Positions 52,821 through 64,000 of a stretch of 64,000 bases of DNA are shown piece by piece (the first letter of the stretch is position 1; every line of letters starts with the position of its first letter). The DNA lies in the NCBI GenBank assembly GCA_951406725.2, contig OX597815.1:162688001-162752000 (forward strand), in the 5' to 3' direction. Below the pieces are notes generated by a model. The model made no database searches, had not been told where the DNA came from, and saw only the letters and a list, made by a program, of their open reading frames with translations. Made by a program: the position numbers and the translations under genes. The stretch comes from Octopus vulgaris. Taxonomy: Eukaryota.

Positions 52821-54335
52821 AGTGCGTAGCACGACACAAAATCCTTTGTAGTGACTTTAAAACTCAAGGTAGACACCAGATAACCAAATAGCACACAATA
52901 TAATAAAATGGCAAAATTTATAACATACACAAGAAATTTACTAAAGGAAAAAGAGAAAAAATACTCAATGAGCAAAAATCAAGAGTGCATGCATGAAAGT
53001 GTATACGTCACAAAGTACAAACCCTTCCGCTGAAAGGAGCGGAGAGAAAGCAAAACTCACAGTCAATGAACCTAGGCGAAATTAAATCCAACTTCTCTAA
53101 AGGTAGTTGTTCCTGCGAAATAGCAGTTAAGTCAATTGCTGCAGGAAAGGAAATGGAATTGACAGAAGCTCGCTAGTAACACAAAAGGCAAATGTGCAAA
53201 CATGCTGGTGTGATGCGCGACACAGATAATTTTCTGTTAATTACGTGACCAACAGTGGTCTAACAGGGAAAAATAATTACGCCTAAACATGGCGCAGCGC
53301 ATGTGAACATCCGACGTCCTATGAGTCGGGAAAAAAAACTAAGCTACTGCAAACGTGTTGCAAAAAACAAGGCAAGTACACGTGCGGAGCAAAAGGCGCA
53401 TGAAATGCAATAGGGCTTGCCAGACCGAAAAAACAGCAATGAATATGCCAGTGGTTGAGCGATTATATGCCTCGTTCGTACCGGAACAAAAGTATGGCAT
53501 GCTGACGCGTTATAATGAACAAACAACCCTCTCTATGTATACGTGACCCCTAGGGTCTATAGAAATGAGGTGTGTCCACAAAAGGCAAATTTAGCATGCA
53601 AAAAACAAGCGAGAAAAGCATGTGTGACGTATGTATGTGAGAGATAGCATTTATGTGTGTGTACGTGTGTGCGACAAAAATACATACAAGGTGAATGCGA
53701 GCAAAATGTAAAAAAATACAGCGCATAGAAAAAAATGTCTCTCAAGGCTATCTCAGACAATGGAGTTAGTTTACCAGTCTGCAATAGCCTGATGCACAAT
53801 AGCAGTTCGTTCTGTAACAGAAATGTTGAAATCACAAAATGCAGATGCTGGTTGAACACAATGTGTAGCGGTTGTAGCTTCGATGCTGTGACAGGTTAAC
53901 TGGGTACAGAAGAAATCTTGTGGATAGACTGGGCTGTTAATTCTTGGCGCGCCAATGCACGAACAGCATGTACGCTAAAGTTCCGCGAGTTGCTATGTAC
54001 ATCTTGGTCGACGGTGTTGAAAGGCGACGGTGGTGGTGGCGACTGTAGTGGACTTGAGACAACATTGTTCTTAGTGTTGATGGCGACGAAGATAATGACG
54101 ACGTGAAGTAGAAAAACGACGATGGCGATGACGAAGGTGGAGAAAAGGCATCGTTGATATGATGGCGTTCGTCATCATGGCTGTAGAATAAGAAAGAGGC
54201 TCCTTCTACAACTGTTTGTGGTGGCCGGAAACAAATCGTCGAAAGATGATGACTGCGTAGAGTTAAATCGTGTTCCGACTTCGCAGAAAAACTGGATTTT
54301 TTTTTGTTGTTCAGTGATCTCTGGTTTTAGACCAG

Positions 54336-54355
54336 AATCACGTCGGGGGTCACCA
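54336..54355 (-). promoter_or_regulatory. Primer-binding site complementary to tRNA-Trp
   Basis: TGGTGACCCCCGACGTGATT, 2 nt after the 5' LTR; the eukaryotic tRNA-Trp 3' end is ATCACGTCGGGGTCACCA (one extra base here). Confidence 0.85.
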
Positions 54356-56077
54356 CTTGTAACGAAATTAGTATGTTTGTGTCTTCTCTCCTCTTGTACT
54401 TTTGGGGTACAAGAGGCAATCACTAGCCGTTGCTTTAATAATCCAGAATTCTACCAGTCAGATACAACAAGACGCAGACGTAAAAGATATATATACTACT
54501 TTATTCTCTAATGTGGTAACAGTAACAATAAGTGGTTATCTGGTATCCTTGGTTCTGGGCGCGCAAGGCTGAAAGTTAATGGATTGTAATATTTACAATG
54601 TTCAGCCGCTAAAAACAGAACGGGTTAAAGATGGCGTCCGGAACAGGGAAGATGAATGTGGTCGGCAACAATTTGGTTAAAAGCTTTCGGCCGACTGCTA
54701 TCAAAGCTGGACAGCGAGAAAATATACGTCCGTCGCCTTCGGGCGCTGCTGTCCCAAGTCGTTGGCTGCTGCTGCTAGCGGTCAAACGTTCTACGACCCC
54801 CTTACCTTGGCTAACTACCACGTAGGCAAAAGGGTCGTGCTTCCGGTGGTTCGCGCATGCGCGAGAGGGCCCTTCCTTTCTGTGCCTTGGTGAAGGCACC
54901 AACACTCGCACGCGCGAAATAGAAAATAGACGGTGCGCGCGCGCGCACCGTTATAGGATCACTACAGCACCATCCGAACGCGGTCGATGCCAGCTTCTCT
55001 CTCCCTGCCCCGACTGGCTCCTGTGCCAGTAGGACATATAAAGCACCATGTGAACGTGGCTGATGCCAGTGTTACCTGACTGGCTCCCATGCTCGTGGAA
55101 TGTAAAAAGCACCCACTACACTCTCGGAGTGGTTGGCACTAGGAAGGGTATCCAGCTGTAAAAACACTGCCAGATCAGATTGGCACCTGGTGCAGCCTCC
55201 TGGCTTGCCAGTCCCCAGTCAAACCGTCCAACCCATGCCAGCATGAAAAATGGATGTTAAACGATGATGATGATAATGAGTGGTTGGCGTTAGGAAGGGC
55301 ATCCAGCTGTAGAAACTCTGCCAGATCAGACTGGAGCCTGGTGCAGCCCCTGGCTTCCTAGACCCCGGTCAAACTGTCCAACCCATGCTAGCGCGGAAAA
55401 CGGACGTTAAACGATGATGATGATGATGATGATGATGAGAGGGATAAGGGAATAGTAAAGGATGTTGGTATATGGTGCTGAAATATGGACACTAACAAAA
55501 GACCTACAAAATCTGTTGGACAACACCTATGTAAAATTTCTTTGGGTGACAGCCTGTATGTCATGGCGAAGCAAAGATGAGGTGGGATATCATTGTTATA
55601 TCTTCCAATGCATATTATCAATTGCTATGGAAGAGTACTTTCAGCAAAGGAGCAATAGGAAAACTTCATTTAATGTATATCAACCAGCTAGTACAAGTCA
55701 ATGAGATAAAGATGTTGTTATTGACTGTCATGTTTACTGGAGGTTATTTGTATACTGCATATCTCATGGACTGTCCTGTCCCGGCAGATGAGGTTCAGCA
55801 ATTTCTTGCTGAACATCATCATTATCATCATCATCATCATCATCATCATCATTGTTTAACGTCCACTTTCCATGCTAGCATGGGTTGGATGATTTGACTG
55901 AGGTCTGGCGAACCAGATGGCTGCACCAGACTCCAGTCTGATCTGGCAGAGTTTCTACAGCTGGATGTCCTTCCTAACGCCAACCACTCTGAGAAGGTAG
56001 TGGTTGCTTTTACATGCCAGTCAGGCGGTACTGGCAATGACCACGCTCAAATGGTGATTTTTATGTGCCACTTGCAC

Positions 56078-56115
<38 letters not shown>

Positions 56116-56769
56116 CCAGGGTTGGAATTTTGAATTTATAAATATTTTAATGCATCGCTATGCATGTTTACACAAATCACATGTTTCTCACGATCATAGT
56201 CTGTATTCCTGGGGTGATTACAGTACAGTCTGTAGCATCTATGGACATCGGGTGGATCGTATTTACGCATTTATTCTTCAGTTATCAACCAGAGGGTCAG
56301 GTTGACCATCTGTGTCTGTTTCCCTATTTGTTTGTGCATTCATTACATGTTTTTACTCATTATCTCATGCAACACTATGTACAGCAGAAAAGCTTTTTGT
56401 TTACAAGTACTCCATATTTTTTGTACGCTCTCTCCCCACTTTCTCTTCCACTTTCACTTTCACATACACATACACATTCTCTCTCTCTTTCCTTCTTCCC
56501 TTCCTTTTATGCTGTTATCTGTCATGTTCTTTGGTCTTCTTTGTCTCTCTCTCCCTTGCTCTTTCTCTCCTTCTATCTATGCTGCTATCTGTCATATTTT
56601 TTTGGTTTCTCTGTGTTTCTCTTTGCCCTCTACCATTTCATCCCCACCTTCTACTATTAACATGTGACCTCTGGTCACTGTCTTATCTCTTTTCAAGACC
56701 TGCCAACGGTACACACGGAGTCACATTTTGAATGATGTATATATATATACATAAGATGTATATATATAT

Positions 56770-57404
56770 ATATAACAATGATATCCCATCACATTTCCTT
56801 GTCCCCTTCTCTATTCACCTTTTGCTCTCCCTCTGTTAAATCCTTCAGGATATTCTCTCAGCAGTGACTATTATTGCCTCCAGTCTGGCCCTAAGGCCTT
56901 ATTTTGTTCATTTATTTATATCAGTTCATTTGTGTGCTCACAGTCCTGTTTGTTTTCTTTTCTATCCCTTGTACATCCACTAATTGTCTCATTTTGGATT
57001 ACATTCATTCCATATTTGTACGGTAACTTTCTGTATCACATTCTTGTCCGTTTCTTCATTTTCTGTCTTGTTCCTTGTTTTCTGGCTTGCCAATTCCTGG
57101 CAGCATTTGCAGTCAGTGTCACCAGTAGGGGACGCAATATTATCAGTCAGTTGCGAAATTGCAGTTGATCCTCTGGCCAATAACTGATGAGGTGTTGGCA
57201 ACCATCTGTGCTTGTTTCCCATTTGTTTGTGCATTTATTATATGTTTTTACTCATTATTTAATACAATACTATGTACTGCAAAAAAAAAAATTTTAAATT
57301 GTTTACATGCAAGTACTATATATATATATCATCATCATCATCATCATCGTTTAACGTCTGCTTTCCATGCTAGCATGGGTTGGACGGTTCAACTGGGGTC
57401 TGTT

Positions 57405-57441
<37 letters not shown>

Positions 57442-57685
57442 ATATCCCATCACATTTCCTTGTCCCCTTCTCTATTCACCTTTTGCTCTCCCTCTGTTAA
57501 ATCCTTCAGGATATTCTCTCAGCAGTGACTATTATTGCCTCCAGTCTGGCCCTAAGGCCTTATTTTGTTCATTTATTTATATCAGTTCATTTGTGTGCTC
57601 ACAGTCCTGTTTGTTTTCTTTTCTATCCCTTGTACATCCACTAATTGTCTCATTTTGGATTACATTCATTCCATATTTGTACGGT
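56770..57685. repeat. Near-identical ~255-bp direct duplication
   Basis: 56770-57025 equals 57432-57685 (ACAATGATATCCC...ATTTGTACGGTA). Confidence 0.9.
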
Positions 57686-57945
57686 ATATATATTCTTTTA
57701 TTCTGTTACTTGTTTCAGTCATTTGACACCAGTACTTATATTTTGTAAAGCCTGGCACCCATTCCATCATTCTCCCTTACTGAACTGCCATGTTATGGTG
57801 TTATGGAGACACAAACACATACACAAAGACACACACACTAAGATATATATATATAGTTAATCCAAACATGAAAGCAAACGACAACGCGAGGATGTGGAAC
57901 AAATATAGTATTATTGGACGCTCAGGAAAGAAGGAAAGAAGGAGG

Positions 57946-57980
57946 GTTTAACGTTTCGAGCTGAGCTCTTTGTCGGAAAC
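57946..57980 (-). ncRNA. Minimal hammerhead-like motif (degenerate core) in a pLTR-like repeat
   Basis: GTTT-CCGACAA-A-GAGC(TCA)GCTC-GAAA-CGT-T-AAAC; relative at 63435-63469. Confidence 0.5.
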
Positions 57981-58083
57981 ATAGGAGAAGGAAAGATCGA
58001 GAGAAGGGAAGTCAGAGGAAAAAGAATCGCCAACGGTACACACGCAGTCACATTTTGAATGATGTATATATATATATACATAA

Positions 58084-58119
<36 letters not shown>

Positions 58120-58302
58120 TCTTAGGCACAAGCATGGCTGTGTGGTAAGAAGCTTGCTTTCCAGCCACATGGTTCTGGGTTCAGTCCCACTGTGTAGCAT
58201 CTTGGGCAAGTGTCTTCGACTGTAGCCTTGGGCCGACAAAAACTTTGTGAGTAGATTTGCTTGACAGAAACTGGAAGAAGTCTGTCATATATTATATGTG
58301 TG

Positions 58303-58334
<32 letters not shown>

Positions 58335-58560
58335 CATGTGTGTGTGTGTATTTGTGTGTTTATCTGTGTTTGTCCCTCCATCATCACTTGACAACCGATG
58401 TTGGTGTGTTTATGTTTCTGTGACTTAGTGGTTCAGCAAATGAGACCAATAGAATAAGTACTAAGCTTGCAAAGAAGAAGTCTTGTGGTCGATTTGTTCG
58501 ACTAAAGGCAGTGCTCCAGCATGGCCACTGTCAAAATGACTGAAAGAAGTAAAAGAATAA

Positions 58561-58603
<43 letters not shown>

Positions 58604-58784
58604 GACAGCCTCTGTCCACCAATACCCATTCACAAGTCCCTGGTCAGTCTGAGATTACAGCAGAAAATACTTGCCCGAGGCACCACGGGGAGGGAATGAA
58701 CCCAGAACCATGTGGTTGGGAAGTAAACTTCTCACCACACAGCCATGCCTATACTTGCATATATTTTTCTTTTTATTTCATTTC

Positions 58785-59185
58785 GGCGTAGGAGTGGCTG
58801 TGTGGTAAGTAGCTTGCTTACAAACCACATAGTTCCGGGTTCAGTCCCACTGTGTGGCACCTTGGGCAAGTGACTTCTACGATACCCTCAGGCCGACCAA
58901 AGCTTTGTGAGTGGATTTGGTAGATGAAAATTGAAAGAAGCCCGTCGTATGTGTGTACATGCATATATATGTATGTTTGTGTCTATGTTTGTCCCCCCAA
59001 CATCACTTGACAACCGATGCTGGTGTGTTTACGTCCCCGTAACTTAGCGGTTTGGCAAAAGAGACCGACAGAATAAGTACTAGGCTTACAAAGAATAAGT
59101 CCCGGGGTCGATTTGTTCGACTAAAGGCGGTGCTCCAGCATGGCCTCAGTCAAATGACTGTAACAAGTAAGAGAGTAAAAAAAGA
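58785..59185 (+). mobile_element. SINE family A, full length
   Basis: Same structure as 6064-6472; another copy at 58124-58560. Confidence 0.9.
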
Positions 59186-59195
59186 GTATATATAT

Positions 59196-59577
59196 ATCTC
59201 TCTCTATATAAACGGCAGTTTGTCTGTGCGTTTTCTGTGTGTCTGTTTTCTCGTACCCTCACCCTGACCACGGCTTTCAACCGATTCTGATGAAACTTGA
59301 CACACACATAGCCCAATGTCATAATTCAAAACTAACGCAGCGAAAATTTTGAAAAGTTCCCCCAGTTCTGAAAAAAATCGATAAATTCGACATGGGGTCG
59401 AGAATCAGAAGGCCAAACCACAGACCGTCTAGGGGACGCAACTCCACCTTTTTAACTCTCAAAAAAATTTACCATCATTTTTTTCCCATTTTTTTGCTAT
59501 TTTTTGGCTATAACTCTCTAAAAATGCTTTATAGTTATTTCCCTTACAAACCTGAGCAACGCCGGGCGATACTGCTA

Positions 59578-59579
<2 letters not shown>
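59196..59579 (-). mobile_element. Non-autonomous Helitron/Helentron-like element
   Basis: Minus strand begins ACTAGCAGTATCGCCCGGCGTTGCTCAGG and ends CGTTTATATAGAGAGAT; same termini type as 7593-8163. Confidence 0.6.
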
Positions 59580-59623
<44 letters not shown>

Positions 59624-59860
59624 ATGTATACAAAGTATGGGAATTTAGTTCACAGGTAATCTAAATGATTAGGTATGCTAGGTAAGTGATGTAATAGGTT
59701 ACTAGGGCTCCAAGGTTATAGCAGAGATGCGGAGTTATGGAGCAATTGCAGATTTCCAATATAATTGTTAAAGAGGGCAACAACCATTAAGGCATGGCAA
59801 AAATCTCAAGTCATATACATTATTGTTATTGGAAAAGCTTCCAACTTTTTCCAATAATAA

Positions 59861-60460
59861 TCATCATCATCATTGTTCGACAGTGGTCGAGACAATGGAA
59901 TTTACTATGTTACGCCAGACTTCACGGTCCATCATAGCATTACGGAGGTCCTGTTGCTGGATGCCTGTATCCCTGGAGATTACATCAGGGTAGGAGGGTG
60001 TGCGCCCTCTGGTATTGCGAGTAGATGGCTTCCAGAGGAGAAGAGTAGAAATTACTTCTTTTTCAGCTCTACAACAATGTCCAGCAAACTGGACTCTCCT
60101 ACCTTTCACAAGAGATGACACAAGTGGTAATTTCCCATATATTTGCATTTTGGTTGGATGGCGCTTCCACGAGAGATTTTGAGCTCTCAAAAGGAGGCGA
60201 GTGTAGGTTCCATCCAACCGCCTCTCAAGCTTCTTTGATAACGTCCAGGTTTCTGAGCCATATAGTAGAATTGGTTCGACTGTGGCTTTGAATATTTCAA
60301 GTTTGAAGTCTCTACTTAGATTTGATGACCAGATCTTATGCATGTCATTACAGGCTGACCAGGCCATACCCTTTCTAGTTAGAAAGTCTTTTCCAGATGA
60401 TGATATGTATGACCCAAGATATTTATAATCAGAAACCATATTTAAAGGCGCACTGTATAC
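59861..60460 (-). mobile_element. RTE/RTEX-like LINE 3' fragment with an open 189-aa C-terminus
   Basis: YKYLGS, ILLYGSETWTL, QFAGHC and MMDREVWR; (TGA)n tail; ATAATAA duplicated at 59854-59860 and 60461-60467. Confidence 0.9.
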
Positions 60461-61614
60461 ATAATAATAATGTATACGACTTGAGATGTTTTCCTTAACT
60501 TAACGTTTGTTGTCCTCTTTAACAATTAAATATATTTATATATGCATGTATGTATATGTGGAGGCACAATGGCCCAGGGGTTAGGGCAGCAGACTTGTGG
60601 TCAGAGGATCGCAGTTTCGATTCCCAGATCGGGTGTTATCTGTGTTTATTGAGTGAAAACACCTAAAAGCTCCATGAGGCTCCAGCAGAGGGTGGTGGCA
60701 ACCCCTGTTGTACTCTTTTGCCACAACTTTCTCTCACTCTCTCTTCCTGTTTCTTGAGTAATGCTGCAATGGACTGGCGTCCCGTCCAGCTGGGGGGAAC
60801 ACATATGCCACAGAAACAGGGAAACCGGGCCCATGAGCCTGGCTAGGCTTGAAAAGGGCGATGTTTATCATTTTTATATATGTATACATGTGTGTTACTG
60901 TCTACTTGACCTTGACCACATGATAGTTGTAAATAAGTGTCACTATCATGCCAGCAGTGTTCTTAATTTTCAGTTCCCCCTGCCTCACCTCTAGTCATGA
61001 GCAAATATTACCATGCCCGGAAACAGGAGCAGGTAGGCAACGGGAAAGGCACCCAACCGTAGAAAATCAGCCTCAACAAAATTGCCTCCAACCCATGCGA
61101 GCATGGAAAAGTGGATGTTAAAACCAATGATGATGGAGGATCATACAGCAATGAACTAAAAAGCAAGACTTGCAATTCAATCACTGGCAGTGTGTTGTGC
61201 TTTTAACTGGCAGACGTTACTCTGCTAGCTTTGGTCAATTCATTTGAAAATAGTTACCATTCACTTTTGAATACTTGGTGCTTGCTAAAATATTCATTTT
61301 CGCTACCAATTTATGTAGAAGCATCCAACCCATGAGATCATAGAAAGATATAAGTACACACACACACATACAAAATTCATTAGTACGTACATACATACAT
61401 ACATACATACATTCATATATACATACATACATACATACATAAATACATACATACACACATATGTATATACACATGCATTCACAATCTACCCACATATATG
61501 CATATACATATACAGCCATACACATGTATGAATGAATACATTATATGCATGTACATTGACACAAACAGACACATATATATGTAAACTCACACACTCACAC
61601 ATTCACTCACAGAG

Positions 61615-62175
<561 letters not shown>

Positions 62176-62631
62176 TGAAAAAAGAATCTGCAACTGGTTA
62201 TATGAGTGTTCGGCTCAGTGACCAAAAGTTGATATTAAGCTCAAAGATATCTATCATATAAGGCTGCTTTGTTGTTGTTGTTTTTCGTCAGTTTTTTTAT
62301 TTATTTATTTTGATTTTGTTTCCAGTAGAGAAATCAAAATATCAAAACAAAAAATTAAAACAAAAAAAACACCCTCGCAAATTTTTTATTTTTTATTGCT
62401 AGTTTAGCGTGTGTGTGTATATATATAAATGTATGTATATATATATATATATATATCAATAAAAAATATCAATCAGTCCTGTTGGAGCTAAATGTAATAT
62501 TAGTGTTTCTTTCTGAACTTTATGCATGGCTACCCATCACAGGTTCATAATTCCTCTGAAAAGAACAACAAGTTGTTGCCCATATAAAAGTTCTAAAGAC
62601 TTACTACTACTACTACTACTACTACTACTAT

Positions 62632-62684
<53 letters not shown>

Positions 62685-63329
62685 TCATTATTATTAAATT
62701 CCTTTTTCTTCTTGTTTTCCGCTGAAAGTATTTTCATTAAAAAAGATTAAATCAAAAACTCCCAGGAGCGGTGAGGAAAAAAAAATCTATTATTGAAATA
62801 TTTTCCTGAATCCATTTTTATGTTGAATGATTGCAGAAGGTTTTTTTTTTTAATTAATGCTGTAAAGAAATGAGTTTGATTAATTCCATTGTTTATAAGA
62901 TTAATGTTTGGGATAAGATAGTGACCGTTGCTATGTTTATACCCCCAGATTGAAGCTATTGAAATTTTATTTTTCTCAAATTGATAGATTCCTTTTTTTT
63001 TTTTTTCTTTTTTTACTTTGTTTTAGGAGTTTCATAATATGTTGCAAAACAAAGTTTCTTACATAGCTATTGTTGTTTTGCCTCAAAATGTGCTTTTTTT
63101 TGTTATCAAAGGCACTCCAGCCATGTCCACCATATCCATCATATCTTTTGTTTTTCAGGCATGGCTGTGTGTTTAAGAAGTTTGCTTCCCAACATATGGT
63201 TTTGGGTTCAGTCCCAACTGTGTAACTCTTTGGCCAAGTGTCTTCTACTATAGCCCTGCATCAATCAAAATATTCTGTGTGAATTTGGTAGATGGAAACT
63301 GTAAAAATCTCATCATATATATATATATA

Positions 63330-64000
63330 ATAAAAAAAATGGAGAAAAAAGATAACAAGAAAAAACAACAACACGAGGACATGGTACATGCAAAGTATTA
63401 ATAAGACACTCAGAGAAGGAAAGATAGAATGGTTGTTTTATGTTTCAAGCAAAGCTCTTCTTCGGAAAAGAAAAGCAAGAATCCACTGTATGTAGATTTA
63501 GCCCACAAACAAACTGTAAATCCAGGAACGTAGTCTGTAGTATAAGCTGTACAGAGGGACAGTGCAGGAACAAGACAACAACGTATGTAGGGGTAACAGT
63601 GCAGAGCATAGGAGAGTGGGTAAATGAGCATTGGAGGGAACTTAAGGAAGAGAAGAACTTATTGGTTCTGTACCAACATGCCGAACAGGAACACAGGGGC
63701 TCGTTCAACAACATAGAAGTTAAAATCTTGTCCATGCATAGAACAAATGCAATGCTTAGACAAATTACAGAAGCTACATAATAGAAAATAAACCTAGCCT
63801 GAATAGGAAACTAGAATGGAACACGAGCACATACCCCCAGCACACCACAACCTATGACAGAATAAGATCCCCATAAACTGCTAACAATATGAATATAATA
63901 TAATACAACTCACAGATAAATAAATGGAATTAAATACCTAAAAAGTAGTTATAAACAGATGAAAAAAACAAAACAAATTAAATGAACGTGTATAAATAGG
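63330..64000 (+). mobile_element. 5'-truncated Penelope-like element (GIY-YIG) preceded by an inverted pLTR
   Basis: CKSRNVVCSISC...YVGVT.QSIGEWVNEH...LYQH...LRQITEA; minus-strand hammerhead-like motif CCGAAGA..GAAA at 63435-63469. Confidence 0.85.

Larger units (their letters stand above)
52200..54966 (-). mobile_element. Non-autonomous LTR retrotransposon (Gypsy-type 4-bp TSD)
   Basis: LTRs 52200-52808 and 54358-54966 (609 bp each, TG...CA); TSD GCAC at 52196-52199 and 54967-54970; the 1.55-kb interior has no recognisable gag/pol. Confidence 0.93.

Overview
AT-rich, microsatellite-saturated eukaryotic DNA. The repeat content resembles a coleoid cephalopod (Octopus-like) genome, which is an inference. 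No intact host gene can be identified, and most six-frame ORFs are (TA)n/(CA)n/(AAT)n artefacts. The window is mostly transposon debris: Tc1/mariner and hAT remnants, Helitron-like non-autonomous elements, three tRNA-headed SINE families, and at least four Penelope-like (PLE) fragments. It also holds several RTE LINEs, including a young, 5'-truncated RTE at 33.1-36.7 kb with a PHD finger inside the RT and a 62-bp array in its 3' UTR, and a young 2.77-kb non-autonomous LTR element with 609-bp LTRs, a tRNA-Trp PBS, a PPT and a GCAC TSD. The strongest unexplained signal is about ten minimal type I hammerhead-ribozyme motifs. They include back-to-back pairs inside long fold-back elements, a compensatory G3-C8 core variant in two unrelated elements, and one inside a tRNA-headed SINE. 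A few splice-site-bounded micro-exon candidates and a CpG-retaining zone at about 23-27 kb suggest the window may be intronic or promoter-proximal. All motifs were read by eye; nothing was searched or computed.
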